A DNA stretch of 64,000 nt from an uncultured haloarchaeon (GCA_963811185.1 CAWEQN010000006.1:136026-200025); one strand, 5' to 3'; counted from the stretch's first letter, positions 44,839 to 55,575 are shown. Made by a program: numbers and translations. Notes: generated from the letters alone by a model not told the origin.

Positions 44839-46008
44839 TCAGTTTCCGAGGTCGAACAGCTCGGCGGCCTGTTCCATATCCTTGTCACCGCGCCCGCTCA
44901 AGTTCACGAGAATCACGTCGTCTTCGTCCTTCTCCTCGGCGAGTTGCTTTGCCAGCGCGACGGCGTGACTCGATTCGAGCGCGGGGATGATACCCTCCAA
45001 CTCGCTCAGTTCGCGGAACGCGGCGAGCGCTTCCTCGTCGGTGACGCCGGTGTACTCACAGCGGCCCGTTTCGCGGAACTGGGCGTGTTCGGGACCGACG
45101 CCGGGGTAATCGAGCCCCGCGGAAACCGAGTGAACCTCCACGTCGTCGTTCAGAATCCGCGTTCGCATCCCGTGAAGGATGTCGGTCGTGCCGTTTGCAA
45201 GCGGTGCCGCGTGGCGCTTCGAGTCGGTGCCTTCGCCGCCGCCCTCCGCGCCGTACAGTTCCACCGGGTCGTCGCGGAACGCGTGGAACAACCCGATGGC
45301 GTTCGAACCCCCGCCGACGCACGCGACGGCGGCGTCAGGTAGTTGTCCCGCCTGTTCTCGAATCTGTTCTCGTGCTTCCTCGCCGATAACCGACTGGAAG
45401 TCCCGAACCATGCGGGGGAACGGGTCCGGTCCGACGACGCTTCCGACGAGATAGTGCGTGTCCTCGACGTTGTGAGCGAAATCCTCCAACGCGGCATCGA
45501 CCGCATCCGCGAGTCCCGCGTCGCCGCGCGTGACTTCGTTCACTTCGGCGCCCATCAAGCGCATGCGGAAGACGTTCATCTTCTGGCGCTCGACGTCCTT
45601 TTTTCCCATGTAAATCTCGGTTGGAATGTCGAGCAGTGCGCCGACCATCGCGGTCGCGGTCCCGTGTTGGCCCGCACCGGTTTCCGCGATGAGTCGTTCC
45701 TTGCCCGCCTGTTTCGCCAGCAGGGCTTGGCCGAGGCAGTTGTTGATCTTGTGTGCCCCACCGTGGAGCAAGTCCTCCCGTTTGAGGTATATCTGCGCGC
45801 CGTACTCCGCCGACAGTCGTTTCGCGTGATACACCGGCGTCGGCCGACCGGCGAAATCTCCGAGCAGGGACCGGAACTCCGACCGAAACTCCTCGGTCCC
45901 CGAAATCTCGTCGTACGCCTCGGCTAGTTGTTCGAGTGGTTCCTCCAACGGTTCGGGCACGTGTCGGCCGCCGAACGTTCCGAACGTACTCGATGAGTCC
46001 TCCGACAT
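44839..46008 (-). CDS. trpB: Tryptophan synthase beta subunit (stand-alone)
   Basis: [53 protein letters not shown]. Confidence 0.95.
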   Translation of the reverse strand: MSEDSSSTFGTFGGRHVPEPLEEPLEQLAEAYDEISGTEEFRSEFRSLLGDFAGRPTPVYHAKRLSAEYGAQIYLKREDLLHGGAHKINNCLGQALLAKQAGKERLIAETGAGQHGTATAMVGALLDIPTEIYMGKKDVERQKMNVFRMRLMGAEVNEVTRGDAGLADAVDAALEDFAHNVEDTHYLVGSVVGPDPFPRMVRDFQSVIGEEAREQIREQAGQLPDAAVACVGGGSNAIGLFHAFRDDPVELYGAEGGGEGTDSKRHAAPLANGTTDILHGMRTRILNDDVEVHSVSAGLDYPGVGPEHAQFRETGRCEYTGVTDEEALAAFRELSELEGIIPALESSHAVALAKQLAEEKDEDDVILVNLSGRGDKDMEQAAELFDLGN

Positions 46009-46128
46009 AAATCCCGAATGGTTAGTAGAGAACATAAATCTACTCCGTAGCATAACTCAGTACATCGTCGTACAGTACTATCGCTCATCCGCTCGGTCGA
46101 ATCCCACGTGTTCTCGAACCGATTCTCG

Positions 46129-47634
46129 TTACTTCTCGGGCAATCCGCGTACTGCGGGACCGTCCAGTACATCGCCGTCGTAGTCGAATCGCGACCCGTG
46201 ACACGGACAATCCCACGTCCGTTCACCGTCGTTCCATTCGACGATGCACTTCATGTGTGGACAAACGGCGGAGACGCGATGGAGTTCGTCCGTTTCGTCC
46301 CGGTACTCCGCGACGGCGCTTCCGTCCTCACGGACGATACGTGCATCGCCCGGTCGGAGCGAGCGGTCGGTCTCTCTCGGTTTCCGCACCCAGTCTTCGA
46401 CGAACCGCTTTCCGACGTTCGCGTTCTCCATGACCAGCGTGGCCACGTTCGAGAGCGGCAGCAGTCGCCCGGGGTCGAAGGTGTTCGACCACGGACTTCC
46501 CTCCCCAATAATCTCCTCGGCGAGGATTCGTCCCGCCGCGACGCCGCCTGTCATTCCCCATCCTCCGAATCCCGTCGCGACGTAGACGTTCTCTCGCCAC
46601 GGTGCGATCGGTCCGACGAGCGGGATGTCGTCCACCGACCGATAGTCCTGCGTGGACCACCGATAGGCAATCTCCTCTACGTCGAACCGTCGTCTCGCCT
46701 CCCGTTCGAGCGCCCGGTAGCGCTCGGCCGTCGAACCGCCCTGTCCCGTTTTGTGGTTCTGGCCACCAACGAGGACGAACGACTCCCCGTCGATTTCGTG
46801 TGGTCGAACCGAGAAGTACGGGTCACCGGGTCGATAGAACATCCCCTCGGGTTGCGGGTCTCGCGTTCGAACGGCCAGCACGTACGACCGTTTCGGATAG
46901 GTTCGGGCGAAGTACCCGGCCGGGTCGACGACGGGGAAGTGGGATGCGAGGACGACATCGGAAGCGAACACCGTCCCTTCCTCCGTTTCGACCCGACATG
47001 GTGACCCGAAACGAACGTCGGTTACCCGCGTTTCCTCGAAGATAGCAGCGCCGTCGTCCACGACTTCGTCCGCCAGTCCGAGCAGATATTTGCGTGGGTG
47101 GAACTGCGCTTGGTCATCGAACCGAACCGCGGCCACGCCGTCCGAGACGGTCGGAACGTCCTCCACGAACGAGGCAGGGAGGCCGACGCTTCTGGCGGCA
47201 TCGACTTCACGCCGAGCGCTGTTTCGGTCGTTTTCGTCCGAGACATAGGCGTAAGCCGGTCGTCTCTGAAAGTCACAATCCATCCTCTCGGCGTGTTCGG
47301 CGACGGTATCGATGGCCGCCTCGTTGGCATCGGCGTACTGCTTGGCGTGTTCGTAGCCGAACTGTGATTGCAGTTCGTCGTACACGAATCCGTGCTGACT
47401 CGTTACTTTGGCAGTCGTCCGCGCAGTGACGCCGGAGCAAATCCGGTCCGCTTCGAGTACGGCGACCGTTTTATTCGTTGCTTCAAGTTCCGCCGCGACG
47501 GATAATCCGACAATGCCGCCGCCGACGATGGCAACGTCTACCCTGCGGTCAGTTTCGAGCGACTCGAAGTCGGTGGTCGGAGTCGTCTCCAACCACAGTG
47601 ATACGTCTTTTCCCGGTATGTCGTCCGTACTCAT
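46129..47634 (-). CDS. FAD-dependent oxidoreductase with C-terminal Rieske domain (YhfW-like)
   Basis: GGGIVG; CPHMKC...WDCPCHGSRF. Confidence 0.9.
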   Translation of the reverse strand: MSTDDIPGKDVSLWLETTPTTDFESLETDRRVDVAIVGGGIVGLSVAAELEATNKTVAVLEADRICSGVTARTTAKVTSQHGFVYDELQSQFGYEHAKQYADANEAAIDTVAEHAERMDCDFQRRPAYAYVSDENDRNSARREVDAARSVGLPASFVEDVPTVSDGVAAVRFDDQAQFHPRKYLLGLADEVVDDGAAIFEETRVTDVRFGSPCRVETEEGTVFASDVVLASHFPVVDPAGYFARTYPKRSYVLAVRTRDPQPEGMFYRPGDPYFSVRPHEIDGESFVLVGGQNHKTGQGGSTAERYRALEREARRRFDVEEIAYRWSTQDYRSVDDIPLVGPIAPWRENVYVATGFGGWGMTGGVAAGRILAEEIIGEGSPWSNTFDPGRLLPLSNVATLVMENANVGKRFVEDWVRKPRETDRSLRPGDARIVREDGSAVAEYRDETDELHRVSAVCPHMKCIVEWNDGERTWDCPCHGSRFDYDGDVLDGPAVRGLPEK

Positions 47635-47732
47635 CGAACCCCCGGACTGCGTTCGGTACCGTTTCAGATAAGTGAGATGGCCGTCGGGTGAAATGGCCGT
47701 TCGAAGAGAGAAAGAAGTGGCCGTTCGAAGAA

Positions 47733-49361
47733 TTACTGCATATAGCCGAGGTCGGCCAACCGTTCTTCGACGTTATCGTCGTCCCCGCCCATCGCGGCGT
47801 CGTCCTCATCGTTGTATTCGGGGTACGACTGCGAACCGGCATCTTCGACTATCGGGATGACGTTCCCGTCCATTCGGTCGCTGTAGGGGATGCCCAGCGC
47901 GGACATGATGGTCGGCGCGATGTCGAAGAGATGTGCCTTGGTCGGCATCGCCTCCAAGTCGATACCGTCGCCTTGTGCCGCGACGACGCCTTCGAGTTTG
48001 TGGTTCCACGGTTCGGTCGGCGGCGCGAAGTAATCGCCGAGCAGTTGGGCGGAGATGAACTGCCCCATTCCGTTCGGAATCGTCACGATGTCCGGGGCGT
48101 TATCCGCGTTCTTCCCGTGGAAGTAGTTTTCGCGGGGCACGACTTCGCCGAAGACGGGTTCGCCGTCCGGCGTCTCGACACCGCTGAGTTTCTCGATGAG
48201 TTCGTCGCGTACCTCGTCGTACTTCTCCGGCGGGACGATGCCGTTCGGTTCGCGGCCCTGCAAGTTGATGCGCACGCCGAGTTCGGTTCGTGCACGGACG
48301 TACGCCGTCGATTTGGCGAAATCCACCTGTTCGTTGGCCATCCGAGCCACGTTCTTCGGCGCGTACTGTTTGGCGATTTCCGCGAGACCGACTTTTTCGA
48401 GACCGGTCCGGATTCGATGCGCGGTAAACCCGAACTGGGCCACCTTCGCGGCCATCCGTTCGAACGTGTTCGGTTCCCACGTCTTCGTGTCCTTTCCTTC
48501 CCGGAGTTCGTCCTGAATCGGGTTCCAGGACGGCATGCCGCGGCCGCCGTTTCGAGCCTTCACGTAGCCCTCGTCGCGGAGGAAGTCGTTCACGCGGAAC
48601 TCGTACTTCTCGTACGGACCCATGCCGTGGTCGCTCGCGATGAAAACGGTGTTCGGGTCACACTCCTCGAGCAGTTTGCCGACCTGTCTGTCCGTCTCCT
48701 CGTAAACCGTCTTCACCTTGTCCCAGTCGCCGTTGAACTCGTGGAAGACGGTGTCGGGTTTCTGGAACTGCACGAAGCCGAAGTCGGGTTCGTGCTTGTC
48801 GGCGAGGTAGCGGAACGCCTCCCCGCGCATACGAACGAGGCTCGTGTACTCGTCCATCTTCTGTGCGTCGGAGTAATCGGACTCCTCGCGGGAATACGTC
48901 GGATACACGCGGTATTCGCCGATGGCTTCGCGCACCTCGTCCAGCAGTCCCTCGGGGTGACACCGGGGGTTTTCGGGGCCGATGAATCCCGGAATGAGTG
49001 CACCGTTGATTTCGTCCGGTGGGTGGGTAACCGGGACGTTCACGACCACGCTCGAGAGGTCGTGTTGGTCGAGCAGTGACCAGATAGCGTGCTCCTCTAC
49101 GTCCTGTCCGCTCACGACGTGGAAGTCGTATCCGTCGTAGGCGACGAACCCGCAGACGCCGTGTTTTCCGGGGTTGACCCCGGTGTACATCGACGGCCAC
49201 GCGCTCGGCGTCCATGGCGGCATCTGGGACGTCAGTGGCGCGGATGCGCCGTCGTCACAGATCGAGCGGATGTTGGGGATAATATCGTCCTCGTACAGTC
49301 GCTCGAAGACGGGCAGACATCCCGCGTCGATACCGATAAGAAGAACGTCTACGTTACTCAT
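47733..49361 (-). CDS. Type I phosphodiesterase/nucleotide pyrophosphatase family protein
   Basis: IGID, PWTPSAWPSMYTG.NPGKHG, SDHG, C-terminal RLADLGY. Confidence 0.88.
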   Translation of the reverse strand: MSNVDVLLIGIDAGCLPVFERLYEDDIIPNIRSICDDGASAPLTSQMPPWTPSAWPSMYTGVNPGKHGVCGFVAYDGYDFHVVSGQDVEEHAIWSLLDQHDLSSVVVNVPVTHPPDEINGALIPGFIGPENPRCHPEGLLDEVREAIGEYRVYPTYSREESDYSDAQKMDEYTSLVRMRGEAFRYLADKHEPDFGFVQFQKPDTVFHEFNGDWDKVKTVYEETDRQVGKLLEECDPNTVFIASDHGMGPYEKYEFRVNDFLRDEGYVKARNGGRGMPSWNPIQDELREGKDTKTWEPNTFERMAAKVAQFGFTAHRIRTGLEKVGLAEIAKQYAPKNVARMANEQVDFAKSTAYVRARTELGVRINLQGREPNGIVPPEKYDEVRDELIEKLSGVETPDGEPVFGEVVPRENYFHGKNADNAPDIVTIPNGMGQFISAQLLGDYFAPPTEPWNHKLEGVVAAQGDGIDLEAMPTKAHLFDIAPTIMSALGIPYSDRMDGNVIPIVEDAGSQSYPEYNDEDDAAMGGDDDNVEERLADLGYMQ

Positions 49362-49517
49362 TTTCCATCACCTAGATTGTAACTGCGACCAGCGCATGTC
49401 GTTCCGTTCGCCGAGCAAGAGGTGTCACCTTGCATTACGACGCTCGTCAGACTCATTGGTCCGTCCTACACTCCTTAGTCATTTTATTATGTCACTCTTA
49501 AACTCGACGCTGAATAG

Positions 49518-50939
49518 TCATTTCCCTTCACCATCGGCTAGGGTAACACCCGGTTCGTCGATGACCGTTCGCTTCCACGTTCCGCGCGTAAACCACAGAG
49601 CGGCCACGATAGCGCCGATTATGTTCCCGAAGGCCATTCCGACCCAGACGCCAGTCGGCCCCATATGCTGGACGAACGCAAGGAAGTACACCGTCGGCAC
49701 GCGCCCGAGCCACAGCGTTATCATCGAGAACGCCATCGCCAGTTTCGTGTTCCCCGCGCCGCGATACGCGCCAAGGAGAACCTGTAGAACGGCCATAAAC
49801 GCGAATTCGACCGACCGAATCCGGAGATACTGGCTCCCGAACTCGACCGTTTTGGCGGCCTGGTCGGTCCCGGTCGCCATAAATACGCCGACGATAGGGT
49901 GGGGAAACAATGCTGCAACGATTGCAACAGAGAACATTACACCGGCACCGACCTTCGCGGCAAGCCATACCGCCCGCTCCGCTCGGTCAGGTTTCTTCGC
50001 ACCGAGGTTCTGCCCGACCATCGTGTTCGTCGCGCGACCCAACCCCATCGCTGGGAGGAAAACGAGCGATACGAGCCGGTTTCCGAGTCCGTAAGCGCCG
50101 ACGACGGGCGGTGCGAACTGGACGACCATGGCGGTCAACGAAATCATCGCGAGCGAACTCGTGGACTGTTCGAGGGCGCTCGGCGTGCCGATACGGATTA
50201 TTTTCCAGATGAATCCGAGGTCGGGGACGAGGTCGTCGAGGCCGACGTTCGGCCCTGCATCCGTGTAAAACAGGATGTACAGGCCGAGAACGCTGGCGAC
50301 TGCCCGTGCCGAGATGGTCGCGAGCGCCGCGCCTCGAACTCCCATGGGGTGAATCGAACCCGAACCGAAGATGAGTATCGGGTCGAGGACGACGTTGACG
50401 GCCACGCTGACCATCATGATGCGCATCGGGGTTCGCGTGTTTCCGTATCCGCGCATCAGCGACGTGAAGACGAAGAAACCGAACAGGAACGGCAATCCGA
50501 GGAAATACGTCTCCATGTACTTCCGCGCGAGCGGAACGATGTCGGCGGCCGTTGCGCCCTGCGACGGCATCACCGAGAGCATCGGGTCGGTGAGGAAGTA
50601 TCCGGCGATGGCGAGGGCAACGGAGAGTAACAGGACGAACGAAAGGATTTGTCCCGCGACTTTCCCCGCGGACCCTTCGCTGTCCGCACCGGTGAACTGG
50701 GCGACCAAGATGCTCCCCGCCGTCGTAAACCCGCCTGCGACGGAGATGAGGAAGAAGATGAGCGGGAACGCGATACTCATCGCACCGACCGCATCGGACG
50801 ATAGCCGTCCCAGCCAGAAGGTGTCCGCAACGTTGTACATCACCTGCAGGAGTTGAATGACGACGATCGGCCACGCGAGTTCGAACATCGGTCGCACCAA
50901 CCCACCGTCAGTGATAGAACTGGGCTGTGTGCTGGTCAT
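49518..50939 (-). CDS. MATE efflux transporter
   Basis: LAWP...YNVADTFWLGRL, RGYGNT.TPM, LDPILIFG, GQNLGA. Confidence 0.93.
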   Translation of the reverse strand: MTSTQPSSITDGGLVRPMFELAWPIVVIQLLQVMYNVADTFWLGRLSSDAVGAMSIAFPLIFFLISVAGGFTTAGSILVAQFTGADSEGSAGKVAGQILSFVLLLSVALAIAGYFLTDPMLSVMPSQGATAADIVPLARKYMETYFLGLPFLFGFFVFTSLMRGYGNTRTPMRIMMVSVAVNVVLDPILIFGSGSIHPMGVRGAALATISARAVASVLGLYILFYTDAGPNVGLDDLVPDLGFIWKIIRIGTPSALEQSTSSLAMISLTAMVVQFAPPVVGAYGLGNRLVSLVFLPAMGLGRATNTMVGQNLGAKKPDRAERAVWLAAKVGAGVMFSVAIVAALFPHPIVGVFMATGTDQAAKTVEFGSQYLRIRSVEFAFMAVLQVLLGAYRGAGNTKLAMAFSMITLWLGRVPTVYFLAFVQHMGPTGVWVGMAFGNIIGAIVAALWFTRGTWKRTVIDEPGVTLADGEGK

Positions 50940-51737
50940 CGTACCTTCGAAACGAAACACCTTGATATCAAGATTCCGAATCGTACCCGGAGCGGTAAAA
51001 TATGCCGTGACGAGTGGCCGACACCTGGTGTTTAAACAACCCCTAAACCGATGTTGTTCGGGGGTTCGTGGCTACGGCTTCAGTTTTGCTATCGTTCGGG
51101 CAGGCGTGGACCGCGTACTCCGGATCGTACAGGCTGATCATCATGGATGCTGCTGGAGCGTAGATGTCAGCAGTTATCTGGTTTATGAATGAGTGGATTT
51201 CGCAGGTGAAAAAACTGACAAACACCGAGTAGTACACGAAAAAAGGCATTTTCAGCATCCCCAGCCGCTTTTCGGGGTTTTATACGACAATGTTGCGGTC
51301 TCGTTGATGTTTTTATCTATACTGTTCGTGATTTTTGCGAACAGTGGTCTGAACAGTTTACACCGAAAACGGAGTTGTAACTCTAATAGGGAAGCGGAAT
51401 ATATCTCAAAATGCATCCCCGCCGTGTGTTTCTCACCGTAGCACCTTTTGGCCTTGGTCTGCGGGGCACGGCGCGGGATGGTTTCATGCTCTGGGAGTGT
51501 GTCGGAAAAGCCCTTTGCTCCCGAGAGAGCGTGTGGGGCGGTGGCGCGCGGCGACAGGACGAAGGTAGATGGGTCACTTTCTCGTCTTCGAAGGACGGTA
51601 CGGACAGACGGATGGAAAGCGGACACGGACTCTCGTTGTACTATACGAGCGGGAAAATATCCTCGTAGAATCCGGGGAGAAGTGCGAAACACCACCCGGC
51701 GAAACGGTAATGAGCCATCCAAGAGGACATCCCATCG

Positions 51738-53080
51738 ATGCCGAAAATTGCCTTGGTCGGAGCGGGAAGTATGGTCTTTGCGAGGAAGTTGATCGGCGAT
51801 ATTCTCTCGTTCGAGGAGCTATCGAACAGCGAACTCCGTCTGATGGACATCGACGAACGTCGTCTCGCATCGAACTCGCCGAGTCGCCGAGGCGATGGTG
51901 GCGAACGACGGTCTCGACGCGAGCGTCCACGCGACGCTCGACCGCAGGGAGGCGATCGCGGACGCGGACTACGTCCTGAACATGATCAACGTCGGCGGAA
52001 CCGAACCGTTCGAGAACGAAATCCGTATTCCCGAAAACGTACGGCGTAAAACAAGCCATCGGGGACACCACGGGTCCCGGCGGGATTTTCCGCGGACTCC
52101 GCACCATTCCGACGATACTCGACCTCGCGGCGGACATGGAAGAGCTGTGTCCGGACGCCCTGCTCCTCAACTACACGAACCCGATGGCGATTCTCTGTAA
52201 GACGGTCTTCGAAGCGACGGACATCGACGTAATCGGGCTCTGTCATTCCGTTCCGCACACGGCCGAGGCGATTGCGGAGTACGTCGGCGTTCCGGAATCC
52301 GAACTGGAGTACTGGGTCGCGGGCATCAACCACATGGCGTGGTTCCTGACGTGCGAACATGACGGCCAGTCCGTCTACCCGGCGCTCCGTGATGCGGCTG
52401 ACGACGAGGACACGTATCGGAAGGACACGGTTCGATTCGAGATGATGAAACACTTCGGCGCGTTCCCGACCGAATCGAGCCACCACATGAGCGAGTACGT
52501 CCCGTACGTCCGCACTGACGACCAGTCTATCGAGGAGATGACCGGGACGAACTTCGCGGAGCGGATGCCCACCGCGACGTATCTGGAGGGCTGGAAGTCG
52601 CGCTCGGCGGACCGGGACGACCGCGAACTCGATATCGACCTCGATTCGGTCCGCGTCGAGCGCTCGGAGGAGTACGCATCGAGGATAATCCACTCGCTCG
52701 AAACCGGAACCCAGCGGCGGTTCAACCTGAACGTCTCGAACGGGACGAACGCCATCGAGAACCTGCCGAACGACGCCTGCGTCGAAGTCCCAGTTTTCGC
52801 CGACGGCGCCGGTCTTCACCCAGCGTCGGTCGGTGAACTCCCGACCCAACTCGCCGCGCTCGACCGCCAACATTCGGCCGTCTACGAACTCACGGTCGAG
52901 GGCGCACTCGAAGGAAGTCGGGAGAAAATCCACCAGGCCGTCAAACTCGACCCGCTCTCCGCCGCCACGTGTTCGCTCGACGAACTCCACCGGATGACCG
53001 AGGAACTCATCGAAGCCAACGCGGAGTACATTCCCGACGCTCGAATAGCCGAAAAATCACCGGATATGCTGATTGTCTGA
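51738..53080 (+). CDS. melA: GH4 NAD+-dependent alpha-galactosidase (frameshifts ~51880 and ~52035)
   Basis: IALVGAGS, NYTNPM, GLCH, AGINH, TESSHH.SEY across three frames. Confidence 0.9.
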
Positions 53081-53180
53081 GCGAGGAGTGTCGGAGCGAG
53101 GGTCCACGCCGTCTGATGGTCTCATTCTATTCTTACAGGTGGCGGTAACGTTGATAACACACCACACACAACCCCAGAAT

Positions 53181-53582
53181 ATGGCAACACCACTCACGGA
53201 TGATGAAGCAGAACAGTTGCTCCGCGTCTGTCGGGCAGCGATCGGTGACGAACTCCGGAGTGTAACGTATTTCTCACCGAACGACTTCCAGCACATCTAC
53301 TTGAGGGATGATCTCGAACGGGGTACCGATCCACACTCGTTCGTCGAAAACGAACGCGGCGGGTTCAGCTCCCAGCGGACCTACGAATGGTCCGAACTTG
53401 GGAAGTACCGATACACGATGCGCGCGTTCGAGAACGGGTATTTGGTTCGCGTCATCGCCGGAACGCACGGTGCCTACGTGACGACGGATTCGGTAACGAT
53501 GGACCGATTCAACGAAGTAGCGGAAGCCGTCAACGGAGTACTCGAAGAGATTGCATCCCAACCCGAGCAAGACGCACAGTAG
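53181..53582 (+). CDS. Conserved haloarchaeal hypothetical protein
   Basis: CR..IGDELRSVTYF..YLR.DL pattern. Confidence 0.7.
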   Translation: MATPLTDDEAEQLLRVCRAAIGDELRSVTYFSPNDFQHIYLRDDLERGTDPHSFVENERGGFSSQRTYEWSELGKYRYTMRAFENGYLVRVIAGTHGAYVTTDSVTMDRFNEVAEAVNGVLEEIASQPEQDAQ

Positions 53583-53640
53583 GCGCGTGCGGATTCAGGA
53601 CGTGATAGTGAGGCATGACTACTGCTCGAAATACGTTCTC

Positions 53641-53919
53641 CCAAAACCAGCGGGCGCGACGGGATTTGAACCAAAACCAGACGTTCCTGCTCACGTTCGT
53701 TCCGCGGGCATGCAACTGGTAGGGTTCAAAAATCCGTCGCGGCGTCAGGTTTCGGCTCACCGTCGTTCGCCGAAACACGTACGGGCGCGACGGGATTTGA
53801 ACTACGCCCAGACGGTTCCGTTCGCTTCGCTCACGAACTGCGTCTGTTCTACTGAAAATCCCGCGTCCGGTTCGCTCGTCACTTCGTTCCTCGCTGCACG
53901 GGCGCGACGGGATTTGAAC
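53641..53919 (-). repeat. Array of three exact 21-bp tRNA-Arg(CCG) 3'-end copies with hairpin spacers
   Basis: CGGGCGCGACGGGATTTGAAC at 53651, 53782 and 53899 (the last is the tRNA itself). Confidence 0.93.
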
Positions 53920-53971
53920 CCGCGACATCTTGGTCCGGAACCAAGGACTCTGTCCACTGAGCTACGCGCCC
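53899..53971 (-). tRNA. tRNA-Arg(CCG)
   Basis: Acceptor GGGCGCG/CGCGCCC, anticodon arm CTTGG-TTCCGGA-CCAAG, T-loop TTCAAAT; 73 nt. Confidence 0.95.
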
Positions 53972-54108
53972 TTACTGCATCGTACAGGCGATGTCCGTTT
54001 AACCATTGTGAAAACTGGCACGCCAGTTCACGATTGCCCGATTGGTGGTGAGAGTGAACGGGACGAAACGAACGGTAGATTGATAGAAAACGGTCGGATA
54101 TCCTAACT

Positions 54109-54624
54109 ATGAACGTCCTCCCGGTCCTCCTCACTGTCGGCGTTTTCGGCTTTATTGTCTACCGGCGCTTCAAGCGGTCGTTCGGACGACAACCGGTGTC
54201 GAAGAAACGTCTCGGGCTCCGCGCGGTGCTCATCACGGTCGTCGTCGCGTTTATCGTGGCGTCGTCGGTGACGAGTCCCGTCAACCTCCTCGAAGACTTG
54301 GTCGGCGTGGTTATCGGGGGCGTCGTCGCCGCCATCGGGCTCTACTTCACGGAGTTCGAACACACGGACGACGGTGCGTTTTACGAACCACACCCGTACG
54401 TCGGACTCGCCATATTCGCGCTGTTCCTCCTCCGGTTGGCGACGCATCTGTATCCGCTGGTGATGGGTAATGCGGCGAACTCCACGACAAGCGCTTCCAC
54501 ATCCGGGATGCCGACCGACCCACTGACGGTCGTGATACTCCTCGTGTACCTCGGCTACTACGCCTGCTATGCGACGGGTGTTCTCGTCGTCTCTCGACGG
54601 ACTACTCCGACGGTGTCGGGCTGA
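54109..54624 (+). CDS. Membrane protein, DUF1453/CcdC-like
   Basis: YRR.KR.FGRQ, T.FE....G.FY.PHPY.G; about 5 TM segments. Confidence 0.65.
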   Translation: MNVLPVLLTVGVFGFIVYRRFKRSFGRQPVSKKRLGLRAVLITVVVAFIVASSVTSPVNLLEDLVGVVIGGVVAAIGLYFTEFEHTDDGAFYEPHPYVGLAIFALFLLRLATHLYPLVMGNAANSTTSASTSGMPTDPLTVVILLVYLGYYACYATGVLVVSRRTTPTVSG

Positions 54625-54672
54625 TTTTCGTCTGCTTTTCCCGTTCGATTCGTTGTAGCCCGTCGGGTAACC

Positions 54673-55575
54673 TTACTCCCGCCGTGCGATTTCGTGGCGG
54701 CCGAACCCGTACCGCAGTCGGTTCGCCAACCGCCGTGAGAACCGCCCCTCGGCCGCCGACCGACTGCCGAACCGCTCGGAAAGTGCCTCGTAAATGAGCG
54801 GGACGGGGACTTCCTGTTCCAGCGCCTCTTGAACCGTCCACGTTCCCGTCGAACCGCCGGCGATGTGGTCGGCGACGTCGCCCAAATCGGTGCCCTCCTC
54901 GCGGAACGCCTCCTCGCAGAGTTCGAGGAGCCACGAGCGGATGACCGCGCCGTTGTTCCACGTCCGCGCGACGGCTTCCAAGTCGAGGTCGTATCGACCC
55001 TCGTGGAGCAGTTCGAACCCTTCGCCGTAGGTCTGCATCAGCGCGTACTCGACGCCGTTGTGAACCATCTTGACGTAGTGACCCGACCCCGATTCGCCCA
55101 TCCGGTCGTGTCCTTTCGGGCCGGTCGCCACGGCGTCGAAGACGGGCGTCAGTTCGTCGTAGGCCCACTGCGGGCCGCCGACCATCAGCGAGAACCCGAG
55201 TTCGGCCCCCGCCGGGCCACCGCTCGTCCCGCAGTCGAGATAGGTTGCAGAAGTCGTCTCGCTTCGGCGCACGGAGTCCTCGAAGTAGGAGTTCCCGCCA
55301 TCGACGACCACGTCGTTCTCGTCGAGGTACGGTTCCAGGTCTTCGAGGGCGGCGTCCACTGGTTCCCCGGCGGGAACCATCAGCCAGATTCGTTTCTCGT
55401 CGCCGAGTTTTTCGGCGAGGTCGGCGACCGAATCGGCCGGTTCCACGCCTGCTTCGGCGGCGGATTCGACGGCTTCCTCCGCCACGTCGTACGCGATAAT
55501 GTCGTGTCCGGCGTCGAGGGTTCTGTCCACCACGATGCGACCCATCCGTCCCAGTCCGATAACGCCCAGTTGCAT
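54673..55575 (-). CDS. gnd: 6-phosphogluconate dehydrogenase (short, decarboxylating)
   Basis: GLGRMG, WLMVPAG, DGGNS, GTSGG, KMVHNGVEY, SWLL. Confidence 0.95.
   Translation of the reverse strand: MQLGVIGLGRMGRIVVDRTLDAGHDIIAYDVAEEAVESAAEAGVEPADSVADLAEKLGDEKRIWLMVPAGEPVDAALEDLEPYLDENDVVVDGGNSYFEDSVRRSETTSATYLDCGTSGGPAGAELGFSLMVGGPQWAYDELTPVFDAVATGPKGHDRMGESGSGHYVKMVHNGVEYALMQTYGEGFELLHEGRYDLDLEAVARTWNNGAVIRSWLLELCEEAFREEGTDLGDVADHIAGGSTGTWTVQEALEQEVPVPLIYEALSERFGSRSAAEGRFSRRLANRLRYGFGRHEIARRE

Noticed and set aside
47676-47732. Short tandem TGGCCGTTCGAAGA repeats
   Set aside because: Two full copies and one partial in a terminator region; likely slippage with no further structure.
51180-51420. 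Replication origin in AT-rich intergenic DNA
   Set aside because: No adjacent orc1/cdc6 gene and no convincing ORB with G-string.
53651-53919. Canonical CRISPR array
   Set aside because: The repeat is the tRNA 3' end, spacers are 96-110 bp and structured, and there are no cas genes or leader.
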